From: Nitrosopumilus sp.
GTDB lineage: Archaea > Thermoproteota > Nitrososphaeria > Nitrososphaerales > Nitrosopumilaceae
Direction of reading: 5' to 3'
DNA length: 64,000 bases
Assembly: GCA_965214775.1 (NCBI GenBank)
Contig: OZ243974.1
Coordinates: 1,856,001-1,920,000, forward strand
In this document: positions 1 to 11,407 of the stretch, piece by piece
How the letters are laid out: every line of letters begins with the position of its first letter
How positions within the stretch are numbered: position 1 is the stretch's first letter
Translations under genes and position numbers: made by a program
The notes under the pieces: generated by a model
The model's database searches: none
Told to the model about the DNA's origin: nothing
Seen by the model: only the letters and a program-made list of their open reading frames with translations

Positions 1-1
1 A

Positions 2-3000
2 ACCCCTACCGGCGTTGGGAATCTGGGTGATGGTGGCTCCCTGGAGCTTGACGGCGCCTATGGTGTGGATGTCTTTACCATAGGCAGCAACACCTACGCC
101 GCAGTCGCCTCACACACAGACGACGGCCTCCAGATCGTAGACGTTACCGATCCTACAACCCCTACCGGCGTTGGGAATCTGGGTGATGGTGGCTCCTTGG
201 AGCTTGACGGCGCCCAAGGCGTGGCCGTCTTTACCATAGGCACCAACACCTACGCCGCAGTCGCCTCAAACACCGATGACGGCCTCCAGCTGGTGAGGCT
301 GGGTGCTGAGGCAGAGACTCCCAACAGCCCGCCTGTGGCACCTGCTACGACGGCCACCACTGCAGAGGATACGCCCGTTACCATAACGCCTGCAATATCG
401 GATCCCGACACATCGGACACACCGGTGATATCGGCAGTCGATAACCCGCCCAACGGGACTGCCACACATGACGATGATACCATAACCTACACTCCCGATA
501 CAGACTATGACGGTACGGACGCCTTTACATACACGGTATCTGACGGAACGGACACGGCGCAGGGCACGATAACTGTAACTATAACGCGCGACAACAACGA
601 CCCCGTCCTCGGTACGATAGGAGACCAGAACGCGACGCCAGACACACAGCTGAGTATAACGCCCACGGTAACTGATGCCGACACAACTGACACGCACAGG
701 TATTCGATATCGCGCGGCACGCTACCGGCAGCTGCCGCATTCAATACCTCTGATGGTAGCATCACCTGGACGCCTGTTCAGTCAGATGCCGGGCAGACCC
801 ACACGGTCACCATAACGGTAAGTGACGGCCGCGGCGGCACCGACTCGCAGACCTTTGATATCACCGTGGCCTCCTTGAATGTGATCGAGGTGGCCCCCGT
901 AGGAAATCTCAAGGATGGCGGCTCCCTACTGCTTGATACGTCCACAAGCGTGGCCGTCTTTGAAATAACCGATGGCGGGAACACCAACACCTACGCCGCA
1001 GTGACCTCCTTTGCCGACAACGGCCTCCAGATTGTGGACGTCACGAACCCGGCCCAGCCGAGGGCAGTCGGAAACCTGGAAGACACCGAGCCTGCAAACC
1101 CGGGTGAGGACGAACTGCTGCTTGACGGTGCCTTTGGCGTAGACGTCTTCACGACAGGCGGCAAGACATATGCTGCAGTCGCATCCTCCAATGACGGCGG
1201 CCTCCAGATTGTGGACGTCACTGACCCCGCCAGTCCCGCCGCCGCAGGAAGCCTAGCCGATAACAACACCCTGCTGCTTGACGGCGCCTCCCGCGTGAAG
1301 GTCTTCACGATAGGCGCCAACACCTACGCCGCAGTCACCTCCTCCTTTGCCGACAGCGGCCTCCAGATTGTGGACGTCACCGACCCGTCCGCCCCGGCAG
1401 CCGCCGGAAACCTGGAGGACGACAACGACCTGCTGCTTGCCGACACCCAATACGTAGACATCTTTGAAACAAACAGCAGAACCTACGCCGCAGTGGCCTC
1501 CGAATCAGACGACGGCCTCCAGATTGTGGACGTCACCGACCCATCCGCCCCGGCAGCCGCCGGAAACCTAGAGGATGACGGCTCCAGGCTGCTTGACAGC
1601 GCCCACGGCGTGGATGTCTTTACGATTGGACAAAGAACATACGCGGCGGTGACAAGTGGCGGTGACGACGGCCTCCAGATTGTGGACATCACCAACCCGT
1701 CCGCCCCGGCAGCCGCCGGAAACCTGGAGGATGACAACTCCCTGAAGCTTGGAAACGCCTATGGAGTGGACGTCTTTACGATAGGCGCCAACACCTACGC
1801 CATAGTCGCATCCTTTGCCGACGACGGCCTCCAGATTGCAGACATAACCGATCCCGACAATCCGAAAGCGGCCGGGCAGCTGGAGGACACCAGCGATCTG
1901 TTGCTTGCTACCGCCTTTGACGTGGACGTCTTTACAATAAATGCCGCCACCTATGCGGTGGCAACAGCCAGGGACGACCATGGAATCCAGATAGTGAGGC
2001 TGGATGCGGCAGATGCCACAAACGCCCCGCCGGTGGCACCCGCCGAGACGGCTACCACGCCAGAGGACACACCCGTGACCATAACGCCTGCCATTTCGGA
2101 TCCCAACGTATCGGACACACCGGTAATATCGGCAGTCGATGATCCGCCAAACGGGACTGCCACACATGATGATACTACGATAACGTATACGCCTGATCAG
2201 GACTATAACGGAACAGATACCTTCGGATATACGGTATCTGATGGAACAGACACGACACAGGGCACGATAACTGTAACCGTAACGCGCGACAACAATAACC
2301 CCGTCCTAGAGAAAATAGGCAAGCAAACCGTGGTGGCCGGTGCACAGCTGAGCATAACGCCCACGGTGACTGACGCCGATCCGACCGATACGCACACGTA
2401 TTCCATTCGGATCAAGGATGGCACGCTTCCAGTATCTGCAATATTCACGTCATCTGACGGGAGCCTCGTCTGGACGCCGGCTCCGTCCGATGCAGGAACC
2501 TACAAGGTTACCATAACCGTAGATGACGGCCGCGGAGGCAGAGGCTTGACGGGCTTTGACATAACAGTGACCCCCGCGGATCCGATCGCGGTTACCCCCG
2601 TCGGGAGTCTGGGGGATAACAGTACCCTGCTGCTCGGTGGCCCCAGAAGTGTGAGCGTCTTTGAGATAGGCGGCAGTACATATGCCGCAGTGACTGCCGG
2701 GGCCGACGATGGCCTCCAGCTAGTCGACGTCACCAACCCTGCCAGTCCGGCGCCAGTCGGGCAGCTTGCAGACACCGAACCGGACGGACTGCTGCTCAAC
2801 GGAGCCTACAATGCGGCCGTCTTTACCGTGGGTGCCAGCACCTACGCCGCAGTAGTAGGCAACCTAGACCACGGCCTCCAGATCGTGGACGTGACAGATC
2901 CTACCAGCCCGGAGGAGGCAGGACAGCTTGCCGACGACGAGGATCCCGGTGACGAGCTGCTGTTCCGCGGACCCAGGGGCGTGGACACCTTTACGGCGGG

Positions 3001-6000
3001 CAGTGACACCTATGCGGTGGTGACAGGCGGCTCGGACAACGGCATCCAGATAATCGACATCACCGATCCAGACAGTCCGGTCGCCGCAGGAAAGATGCGC
3101 GATAACGGCTCCAGACTGCTTGAAGGCACCTACGACGTGGCCGTCTTTGAGATAGGCGCCAAGACCTACGCCGTCGTGGCCTCCTATGGCGAGGACGGCA
3201 TCCAGATAATCGACATCTCCAATCCAGACGGTCCGACTACGGCCGGCAGTCTGAAAGATGGGGGCTCCCTGGAGCTTGACGGCGCCAGAGGAGTGGCCGT
3301 CTTTGAGATAGGCGCCAACACCTACGCCGCAGTGGCCTCCATTGAGGACGACGGCATCCAGATAATCGACATCTCCAATCCCGCCAGTCCGGTAGCGGCC
3401 GGGAAGCTGGCCGATGGGGGCTCTAGGGAGCTTGACGGCGCCGTCGACGTGGACGTCTTTACCATGGGCACCAGCACCTACGCCGTGGTAGCCTCCGCCA
3501 ACGACGACGGCATCCAGATCGTGGATGTCTCCAATCCCGCCAGTCCGACTGCGGCCGGGAAGCTGAGCAGGGGCTCCCTGGAGCTTGACGGCGCCACCGG
3601 CGTGGACGTCTTTGAGATAGGCACCAGCACCTACGCCGTGGTGGCCTCCCGTACAGACAACGGCATCCAGATCGTGGAGCTCTCAGTCGTAGACGACACA
3701 AGGCCCGAGTTTGCATCAGCTACGCTAGACGGCAACACTGGCGCCATAACCATTACATTCAGCGAGACAGTAGACATCTCTGAGACCGACCTGTCCCAGA
3801 TGTACGTCAGTGATACAAACGAGACAAACACCGTCTCACTGGCCGGCGCCGACTTTGATGATGCCGCGGCCGATTCGGATACCATACAAATAGATCTTGC
3901 AAGCTCACAACGGACAGCGATCGATCTGATGACGACCCCGCAGCTCGACATCGCCGCAGGTGCCGTATCTGACCTGTCTAGAAACCTGATAGATGCCGCG
4001 GCCGACAACACGATCACGACGGCCAGCCCGGACAGCCCGATACCCTCCGGAAGGCTGCCTGACAGTGCAAGTCTGATACTTGAAAAGTCCCGCAGCGTGG
4101 ATACCTTTACAATAGGAAGCAATGTCTACGCCGTCTCCGTCTCCAGCACCGAGGACGGATTCCAGATTGTCGACATCAGCAGGCCCGACAAACCCAGGGG
4201 TCTCGGCAATCTGGTAGATTCTAACCTGCCCCAACGGCTGCTTGACGGCGCCCGCGGCGTGGCAACCTTCACTGCAGGCAGCAACACCTACGCGGCAATA
4301 GCCTCCCATGCCGACGACGGCATCCAGGTATTCAGCGTCTCGGATCTTGCGCATCCGCAGCCTGCCGGAAATCTGGAAGATAACGGCTCCCGCCTGCTTG
4401 ACGGCGCCACCGGCGTAGCCACCTTTACGATAGGCAGCAACACCTACGCGGCAGTCACCTCACAGCACGACGGCGGCCTCCAGCTTGTAAATGTCACCGA
4501 TCCCAGCAGTCTGACGGCACCCGGAAAGCTGGAAGACGGCGGCTCCAGACTGCTTGCTGATACCTCCTCTGTGGACACCTTCAAGAGGGGCGGCTCTACA
4601 TATGCAGTAGTGGCCTCGTGGGGAGATGACGGCCTTGAGATCATAGACGTCAGCAACCCGTCCAGTCCTGCAGAGACGGGACGGCTGGCAGACGACAGTG
4701 ACATGCTACTCAAGGGAATCCGCGCCGTGGATGCCTTCGAGGCGGGAGGCTCTGCATACGTGGCAGTGGCGTCACATGGTGAAAACGGCCTCCAGATCGT
4801 GGACGTCTCGGATCCTGCCAATCCGTCACCTGCCGGAAAGCTGGCAGACGGCGGCGACCGGCTGCTTGGCGGGGCCAGCGGCGTGGAGATATTCTGGGTG
4901 GGTCAGGCAATCTACGCCGCAGTGGCCTCCCAGTCTGATGACGGCCTCCAGATCGTGGACGTCTCGGATCCGGATAATCCTGCAGAGGCCGGATCCCTGA
5001 GGGACGGCCCGAGACTATCGCTTGATGCGGCCCGAGATCTGTCCGTGTTCACCCGCGGTGGGGCCCAGTACGCCGTGGTGGCCTCTGACACGGAGGGCCT
5101 CCAGATTGTAAAGCTTGCAGAGAGCACAAGGCCCGCCTTTGCATCTGCGATCCTTGACGGGAACACGGGGGCCATGACTATCACGTTTGCCGATGTCATA
5201 GATGTCTCTGAGACAGACCTGTCAAAGCTGTACATCAGCGATATAAACGAGACAAACGCCGTCTCGCTGGCCGGCGCCGGCTTTGACGACGCTGCGGCCG
5301 ACTCCGATACCATACGGCTGAGGCTCACCGGACCTCAACTGGCAGGAATCGCCCCAATCGTGACTGTACAGCTGGACATAGCAGCAGACGCCGTATCGGA
5401 CCTGTCCGGAGGCCATATCAGGGATTCACCGGACAACCCGATTACGACGGCCAGCCCGGACAGCCCGATCCCCTCCGGAATGCTGCCCGACAATGCCCAG
5501 CTGCTTCTTGGCGGCGCCTACGGCGTGGATGTCTTCACTGAAGACGGCAAGACCTACGCGGCAGTGGCCTCCAGCGATGAGAACGGCCTCCAGATAATAG
5601 ATATAACCGATCCCGACAATCCGACAGCGGCCGGACGGCTTGCAGATGCCACCGACCTGCTGCTTGACGGGGCCAACGCCGTGGCCGCCTTTAGAATAGA
5701 CTCGAATACCTACGCCGCCGTGCCCTCCGGCAGCGAGGGCGGCCTCCAGATTGTAGATATAACCGATCCCGACAATCCGACAGCGGCCGGGAATCTTGAA
5801 GACACCGAGCCTGCAAACCCGGGTGAGGACGAGCTGCTGCTTGGTGGAGCCGGCGGAGTGGAGATATTCCAAGTGGGATCTGACGTCTACGCCGCAGTGA
5901 CATCCAACACCGAGGGCGGCCTCCAGATTGTAGATATAACCGATCCCGACAATCCGACAGCGGCCGGACAGCTTGCAGATGCCAACGACCTGCTGCTTGA

Positions 6001-9000
6001 CGCCCCCCTCGGCGTGGATGTCTTTCCGATAGGCGGCAAGATCTACGCGACTATGACATCGACATCCAACGGCAAGGCCGGCCTCCAGATAATAGATATA
6101 ACCGATCCCGACAATCCGACAGCGGCCGGGCAGCTTGCAGATGCCAACAACCTGCTGCTTGAGGGAACCATTGGCGTGGATGTCTTTACGATAGGCACCA
6201 AGACCTATGCCGCAGTGTCCTCCGTTGTTGAACACGGCCTCCAGATAATAGACGTCTCTGATCCCGACAATCCGGCAGCGGCAGGACGTCTTGCAGACAC
6301 CACCGACCTGCTGCTTAGAAACGCCCAAGGCGTGGATATCTTTACGACAGAAGATGGCACCTACGCGGCCGTCACCTCCGAATTCGGCGGCCTCCAGATA
6401 ATAGACGTCTCTGATCCCGACAATCCGGCAGCGGCAGGACAGATTGCAGATGATACCGACCTGCTGCTTAGAGTCACCTACGACGTGGCCGTGTTCCTGA
6501 ACGGCGGGGACACGTATGCAGTGGTGACAACCGACATGGAGGGCCTTCAGATTGTAAAGCTTGCAGAGGTTACAGACGCGACCCACAACAGCGCCCCCGT
6601 CCTGGGTACGATAGGCGACCAGAACGCGATGCCAGACACACAGCTGACCATAACGCCTACCGTAACTGACGCCGACACAACTGACACGCACACTTATTCG
6701 ATATCGCGCGGCACACTGCCGGCAGCTGCCGTATTCAACACCTCTGATGGTAGCATCACCTGGACGCCCGTACAGGCCGATGCAGGACAGACCCACACGG
6801 TCACCATAACGGTAAATGACGGCCGCGGCGGCACCGACTCGCAAACCTTTGACATAGTCGTGGCAGAGACACCCAACAATCCGCCGGTGGCACCAAACGA
6901 GACGGCAACCACCGCAGAGGACACGCCCGTTACCATAACGCCTGTAATATCGGATCCAGACACATCGGACACACCTGTAATATCGGCAGTAGAGAACCCG
7001 CCAAACGGGACTGCCACCCATGATGATGATACGATAACGTATACGCCTGATCAGGACTATGACGGTACGGACACGTTCGGATATACGGTATCTGATGGAA
7101 CAGACACGGCGCAGGGAACCGTAACGGTAACCGTAACGCGCGACAACAGCGCCCCCGTAATGGGTACAATAGGCGACCAGAACGCGACGCCCGGCATACA
7201 GCTGGTCATAACGCCCACGGTAACTGACGATGATCCGACTGACACGCACACGTATTCCATATCGCGCGGCACGCTGCCGGCAGCTGCCGTATTTACCACC
7301 TCTGGCGGCACCCTCATCTGGACGCCCGTGCAGGCCGACGCAGGACAGACACACACGGTCACCATAACCGTAGATGACAGCCGCGGCGGCACCAACTCGC
7401 AAACCTTTGACATAGTCGTGGCCGACATGGACACCTCTGAAATCACGCTTACCCCCGTCGGGAATCTGAATGATACCGGCTCCAGAGAACTTGACGACGC
7501 CCAAGGCGTGGCCGTCTTTGCGATCGGGCAGAACACATACGCTGCAGTCGCCGCATCCCGGGACGACGGCCTCCAGATTATTAACATCACAGATCCATCC
7601 AATCCGACAGCTGCCGACAGCCTGGGGGATAACAACACCCTGCTGCTTGGTGGCGCCAGCAGCGTGGACATATTTGCTATAGGGGCTAACACCTACGCCG
7701 CAGTGGCCTCCTCCGCCGATGACGGCCTCCAGATTATCGATGTCACAAACCCTTCCAGTCTTGTGGCAGTCGGGAATCTGGAAGATACCATAGATGAGGT
7801 GGGGGACATTCCGATAGAAGGATTTTTGCTTGACGGCGCCAGCAGCGTGGACATCTTTACAATAAACGGCAGCACCTACGCCGCAGTGGCCTCCTCCGCC
7901 GATGACGGCCTCCAGATTATCGATGTCACAAACCCTGCCAGCCCTGACGCTGCCGGCAGCCTGGGGGATAACAGCACCCTGCGGCTTGACGGCGCCAACG
8001 CAGTGACCATCTTTGGGATAAATTCGAGTATCTACGCCGCAGTGGCCTCCTTTGCCGATGACGGCCTCCAGATTGTCGATGTCACAAACCCTGCCAGCCC
8101 TGCCGCTGCCGGCAGCCTGGGGGATAACAACACCCTGCGGCTTGACGGCCCTCAAGGCGTGACCACCTTTGTGATAGGCAGCAGCACCTACGTGGCGATA
8201 TCCTCACAGACAGACAGCGGCCTCCAGATCATCGATGTCACAAACCCTGCCAGCCCCGCCGCCGCCGGCAGCCTTGCAGACACGAACTCACTATTGCTTG
8301 ACAACGTCAACGGTATAGATGCCTTTATGATGGGCAACACCACCTACGTGGCAGCTGCCTCCTTTGTCGAGAAAGGCCTCCAGATTATCGACGTCACCGA
8401 TCCTGCCGGCCCGGTAGGTGCCGGGAATCTTGCAGACACGACCTCCCTGCTGCTTGATGGCCCGCGCGACGTGGACATATTCACGATAGGCAGCAGCACC
8501 TACGCCGCAGTGGCATCCGAATACGATGACGGTCTGCAGGTGGTGAGGCTAGATGAGGCCGCATCCAGCATCCCGCCTGTCATATCACTTGTGGGAGACA
8601 ACCCGTTGATCCATGAGCTGGGCACCCCGTACGCAGATCCGGGTGCCACGACCGACGACGGTTCTGAAGTCACAACGGATACATCACAGGTCGACGTCAA
8701 CGTGCTCGGGGATTATCTGGTCACATATACTGCCACCGACGATGACGGCAACACGGCAACGGCGATCAGGATAGTGTATGTGCGCGATACCGCCCCCCCG
8801 ACATTTGAGTCTGCAACCCTTAATGTGAACACGGGTGCCATGACCATAACCTTCAGCGAGACGATAGCCGTATCGACAACCAACCTGTCCCTGCTGTACG
8901 TCAGCGACATAAACCAGGAAGATACCGTCCTGCTGGAAGGCGCCGGCTTTGACGATGCGACACTCGATACAGAGACCCTCTCACTCACGCTTGTAGAGTC

Positions 9001-10909
9001 CCAGCTGACGCAGATAATCCCGATGGACACGCCGCAGCTCGACATTTCCTCTGGTGCCGTATCTGATATACACGGCAACCAGATAGGGGACTCGCCGGAT
9101 AACCCGATCACGGTAACCGCAGACGACCCAGGGCCCTCCTTTGAATCGGCGACCCTTGACGAGAACACGGGTGCCATGACCATAACCTTCAGCGAGACCG
9201 TAGACGTCTCTGCTACCAGCCTGTCCCTGCTGTATGTCAGTGACATAAACCAGGCAGACACAGTCCCGCTGACAGGCGCCGAATTTGACTTTGCATCCGC
9301 TGATGTTGAGACCCTTTCACTTACCCTGACAGGATCCCAGATACGGCAGATAACCCCGATGGATATACCGCAGCTCGATATTGCAGCCGGCGCCGTATCT
9401 GATCTGCTGGGCAACCAGATAGACGACTCACTGGATAATCCGATCACCATAACTGTCACTGAGAGACCCACCTTTGAATCGGCTACCCTTGACGAGAACA
9501 CGGGTGCCATGACCATAACCTTCAGCGAGACCGTAGACGTCTCGACTGCAAATCTGTCCCTGCTGTACATCAGCGATATAAACGAGGCAGACACGGTCCC
9601 GCTGGCCGGCGCCGAGTTTGACTTTGCATCCGCTGATGTTGAGACCCTTTCCCTCACGCTTGCAGAGTCCCAGATACAACAGGTGACTCCGATGGGTACG
9701 CCGCAGCTCGATATTACAGCCGGCGCCGTATCTGATCTGCTGGGCAACCAGATAGAAGAATCGCAGGACAACCCGATCACGGTCACGGGACACGTCCAGA
9801 CCGATGACGGCGATGATGGCAGTACCGGATCGACGTCGTCTGCCGGTCGCAGCAGCAGCAGCGGAGGCGGCGGCAGAGGCGGAGGCGGAGGCGGCATCAA
9901 CATCATTTCCTCCACGACCGGCCCGGGTTCTGCATACATAGCATCCATATCGTGGGACTGTACTGCCGGACTCGTAATGATAACTGCCGGACCTTCCTCT
10001 GATGATCTCTCGGTCTTGGTGCGCACCGCCACAAACGGCATCGCTAGGACTACGGCAGCAGGCCAGACGTCCGACGGGTTGGCGGTGTTTACGGCACCGA
10101 TGCGCGAGAACGAGACGTACATCAGTGTCAGCGCAATCCTGCAACATGGAAGGAACATAGACTCTGACTCCAAGTCGATAAACGTGGATTCCTGCATCGG
10201 CGAGCGCACATACGAAGTTCCGACGTCCATGTCAACGGCCGGTATCAATGGAGGGACAGCAGGCCAGCCGGGCGATGGGGACACCGGGATCATCGAGCCA
10301 CCGGCGCCAAGCCAGCCAGATACCGTGACACGACAGCCAGAGCCAGATACTGAGCCAGAACAGCCGGCGCCAAGCGAGCCAGATACTGAGCCAGAACAGC
10401 CGGCGCCAAGCGAGCCAGATACCGTGATGACACCACCACAACCACCACCACCACTCCCACCAGATACCGGGACTGATTCCGGCGGCTCATGCCTGATAGC
10501 GACTGCCGCATATGGCACCGAGCTGGCACCGCAGGTACAGGCACTCAGGGAGGTACGCGACGTCACGCTGCTCTCGACGGACTCGGGCGCCTCATTCGTT
10601 GCCGGATTCAACTCCGTATACTATTTGTTCTCACCTGCGATAGCCGACCTGGAGCGCCAGAATCCGGTATTGCGCGATGCCATAAGGATTGCCATCACCC
10701 CGATGATCTCGACGCTGTCGATAATGTCGCTTGCAGAGGAGGGCTCCGAACCGTCTGTTTTGGCACTGGGTGTCTCAGTCATTGCACTCAATATCGGCAT
10801 GTATGTGGTAGCTCCGGCAGCCGTTGCCGTCGTGGCAGCCCGGCGGCTGCAGGACAGATGCAATATCTGCAAATCTGATCCGAAATTAGCAAATCCTGCT
10901 CGCGCATAA
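2..10909 (+). CDS. Giant repetitive surface protein: LVIVD-like beta-propeller repeats, Ig/cadherin-like domains, Pro-rich linker, CFI-box-CTERM anchor; 5' end lies outside the window
   Basis: Frame is open from position 2. About 49-aa repeats (LLLDGAxGVxVFxIGxxTYAAVASxxDDGLQIVDVTDP) occur in blocks separated by NxPPVA...TYTP...F.YTVSDG and NxPVLGTIG...TVTITVxDG Ig-like units. C-terminus has CLIATAAYGTELAPQV followed by a hydrophobic helix. Confidence 0.9.
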   Translation, partial: TPTGVGNLGDGGSLELDGAYGVDVFTIGSNTYAAVASHTDDGLQIVDVTDPTTPTGVGNLGDGGSLELDGAQGVAVFTIGTNTYAAVASNTDDGLQLVRLGAEAETPNSPPVAPATTATTAEDTPVTITPAISDPDTSDTPVISAVDNPPNGTATHDDDTITYTPDTDYDGTDAFTYTVSDGTDTAQGTITVTITRDNNDPVLGTIGDQNATPDTQLSITPTVTDADTTDTHRYSISRGTLPAAAAFNTSDGSITWTPVQSDAGQTHTVTITVSDGRGGTDSQTFDITVASLNVIEVAPVGNLKDGGSLLLDTSTSVAVFEITDGGNTNTYAAVTSFADNGLQIVDVTNPAQPRAVGNLEDTEPANPGEDELLLDGAFGVDVFTTGGKTYAAVASSNDGGLQIVDVTDPASPAAAGSLADNNTLLLDGASRVKVFTIGANTYAAVTSSFADSGLQIVDVTDPSAPAAAGNLEDDNDLLLADTQYVDIFETNSRTYAAVASESDDGLQIVDVTDPSAPAAAGNLEDDGSRLLDSAHGVDVFTIGQRTYAAVTSGGDDGLQIVDITNPSAPAAAGNLEDDNSLKLGNAYGVDVFTIGANTYAIVASFADDGLQIADITDPDNPKAAGQLEDTSDLLLATAFDVDVFTINAATYAVATARDDHGIQIVRLDAADATNAPPVAPAETATTPEDTPVTITPAISDPNVSDTPVISAVDDPPNGTATHDDTTITYTPDQDYNGTDTFGYTVSDGTDTTQGTITVTVTRDNNNPVLEKIGKQTVVAGAQLSITPTVTDADPTDTHTYSIRIKDGTLPVSAIFTSSDGSLVWTPAPSDAGTYKVTITVDDGRGGRGLTGFDITVTPADPIAVTPVGSLGDNSTLLLGGPRSVSVFEIGGSTYAAVTAGADDGLQLVDVTNPASPAPVGQLADTEPDGLLLNGAYNAAVFTVGASTYAAVVGNLDHGLQIVDVTDPTSPEEAGQLADDEDPGDELLFRGPRGVDTFTAGSDTYAVVTGGSDNGIQIIDITDPDSPVAAGKMRDNGSRLLEGTYDVAVFEIGAKTYAVVASYGEDGIQIIDISNPDGPTTAGSLKDGGSLELDGARGVAVFEIGANTYAAVASIEDDGIQIIDISNPASPVAAGKLADGGSRELDGAVDVDVFTMGTSTYAVVASANDDGIQIVDVSNPASPTAAGKLSRGSLELDGATGVDVFEIGTSTYAVVASRTDNGIQIVELSVVDDTRPEFASATLDGNTGAITITFSETVDISETDLSQMYVSDTNETNTVSLAGADFDDAAADSDTIQIDLASSQRTAIDLMTTPQLDIAAGAVSDLSRNLIDAAADNTITTASPDSPIPSGRLPDSASLILEKSRSVDTFTIGSNVYAVSVSSTEDGFQIVDISRPDKPRGLGNLVDSNLPQRLLDGARGVATFTAGSNTYAAIASHADDGIQVFSVSDLAHPQPAGNLEDNGSRLLDGATGVATFTIGSNTYAAVTSQHDGGLQLVNVTDPSSLTAPGKLEDGGSRLLADTSSVDTFKRGGSTYAVVASWGDDGLEIIDVSNPSSPAETGRLADDSDMLLKGIRAVDAFEAGGSAYVAVASHGENGLQIVDVSDPANPSPAGKLADGGDRLLGGASGVEIFWVGQAIYAAVASQSDDGLQIVDVSDPDNPAEAGSLRDGPRLSLDAARDLSVFTRGGAQYAVVASDTEGLQIVKLAESTRPAFASAILDGNTGAMTITFADVIDVSETDLSKLYISDINETNAVSLAGAGFDDAAADSDTIRLRLTGPQLAGIAPIVTVQLDIAADAVSDLSGGHIRDSPDNPITTASPDSPIPSGMLPDNAQLLLGGAYGVDVFTEDGKTYAAVASSDENGLQIIDITDPDNPTAAGRLADATDLLLDGANAVAAFRIDSNTYAAVPSGSEGGLQIVDITDPDNPTAAGNLEDTEPANPGEDELLLGGAGGVEIFQVGSDVYAAVTSNTEGGLQIVDITDPDNPTAAGQLADANDLLLDAPLGVDVFPIGGKIYATMTSTSNGKAGLQIIDITDPDNPTAAGQLADANNLLLEGTIGVDVFTIGTKTYAAVSSVVEHGLQIIDVSDPDNPAAAGRLADTTDLLLRNAQGVDIFTTEDGTYAAVTSEFGGLQIIDVSDPDNPAAAGQIADDTDLLLRVTYDVAVFLNGGDTYAVVTTDMEGLQIVKLAEVTDATHNSAPVLGTIGDQNAMPDTQLTITPTVTDADTTDTHTYSISRGTLPAAAVFNTSDGSITWTPVQADAGQTHTVTITVNDGRGGTDSQTFDIVVAETPNNPPVAPNETATTAEDTPVTITPVISDPDTSDTPVISAVENPPNGTATHDDDTITYTPDQDYDGTDTFGYTVSDGTDTAQGTVTVTVTRDNSAPVMGTIGDQNATPGIQLVITPTVTDDDPTDTHTYSISRGTLPAAAVFTTSGGTLIWTPVQADAGQTHTVTITVDDSRGGTNSQTFDIVVADMDTSEITLTPVGNLNDTGSRELDDAQGVAVFAIGQNTYAAVAASRDDGLQIINITDPSNPTAADSLGDNNTLLLGGASSVDIFAIGANTYAAVASSADDGLQIIDVTNPSSLVAVGNLEDTIDEVGDIPIEGFLLDGASSVDIFTINGSTYAAVASSADDGLQIIDVTNPASPDAAGSLGDNSTLRLDGANAVTIFGINSSIYAAVASFADDGLQIVDVTNPASPAAAGSLGDNNTLRLDGPQGVTTFVIGSSTYVAISSQTDSGLQIIDVTNPASPAAAGSLADTNSLLLDNVNGIDAFMMGNTTYVAAASFVEKGLQIIDVTDPAGPVGAGNLADTTSLLLDGPRDVDIFTIGSSTYAAVASEYDDGLQVVRLDEAASSIPPVISLVGDNPLIHELGTPYADPGATTDDGSEVTTDTSQVDVNVLGDYLVTYTATDDDGNTATAIRIVYVRDTAPPTFESATLNVNTGAMTITFSETIAVSTTNLSLLYVSDINQEDTVLLEGAGFDDATLDTETLSLTLVESQLTQIIPMDTPQLDISSGAVSDIHGNQIGDSPDNPITVTADDPGPSFESATLDENTGAMTITFSETVDVSATSLSLLYVSDINQADTVPLTGAEFDFASADVETLSLTLTGSQIRQITPMDIPQLDIAAGAVSDLLGNQIDDSLDNPITITVTERPTFESATLDENTGAMTITFSETVDVSTANLSLLYISDINEADTVPLAGAEFDFASADVETLSLTLAESQIQQVTPMGTPQLDITAGAVSDLLGNQIEESQDNPITVTGHVQTDDGDDGSTGSTSSAGRSSSSGGGGRGGGGGGINIISSTTGPGSAYIASISWDCTAGLVMITAGPSSDDLSVLVRTATNGIARTTAAGQTSDGLAVFTAPMRENETYISVSAILQHGRNIDSDSKSINVDSCIGERTYEVPTSMSTAGINGGTAGQPGDGDTGIIEPPAPSQPDTVTRQPEPDTEPEQPAPSEPDTEPEQPAPSEPDTVMTPPQPPPPLPPDTGTDSGGSCLIATAAYGTELAPQVQALREVRDVTLLSTDSGASFVAGFNSVYYLFSPAIADLERQNPVLRDAIRIAITPMISTLSIMSLAEEGSEPSVLALGVSVIALNIGMYVVAPAAVAVVAARRLQDRCNICKSDPKLANPARA

Positions 10910-11407
10910 ACAAGTTTACTTACACAGCCAAGTGACATAACACTAGGTCCTCAACTTTCTAGGCGTAAAACATTCATCCAAATTTCCTACTCGCGCCTGA
11001 TTTTACGTAGGATCTGATGCTGTACGCTAAAAAGTACCCCAAATCTGACGTTACGGATGGGGTTTGGACTCCCTGGAACAAACCGTCACACACTCCTCCT
11101 GGCACACCGGCACTGTCGTGACGTTCTGCACCCCGAACCCCCCGCAGAGCGGCTCCCTGGCAACCGTCTGCTCGTTGAAGTGTCATTGAATAGTAAAAGC
11201 GCAGCGCCCTGGCTCCCAGGTCGGCCGTCCCGGTCTTGGCCCTGAGAGATGATCCGAGATCAGAAGCCGCACAAATGCCCGGATTTTCCCGTACATCTGC
11301 CAGGCAACTTCACAGACAGCCTGTCCTTTGTGAATGTTCTAGCCGATTTGATAACACAGGTCTGCTTGTTGTGCATGATCCGAGCCTGCCAGTTTCGGAT
11401 CATCCCT
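10871..11407. mobile_element. Degenerate non-autonomous element of the AGAGxTGATxCGAAATTA-ended (IS5/ISL2-like) family
   Basis: TGATCCGAAATTAGCAAAT at 10876, internal CTGAGAGATGATCCGAGATCAGAAGCCG at about 11242 and TTTCGGATCATCCCT ending 11407. Same layout as 52355-52873. Confidence 0.45.

Noticed and set aside
5426-8155. 909-aa antisense ORF (also 8713-10611, 632 aa)
   Set aside because: Shadows of the GC-rich repetitive sense gene with no independent motifs
2-10909. Repeats as diversity-generating retroelement template/variable regions
   Set aside because: No reverse transcriptase in the window and no adenine-specific variation evident
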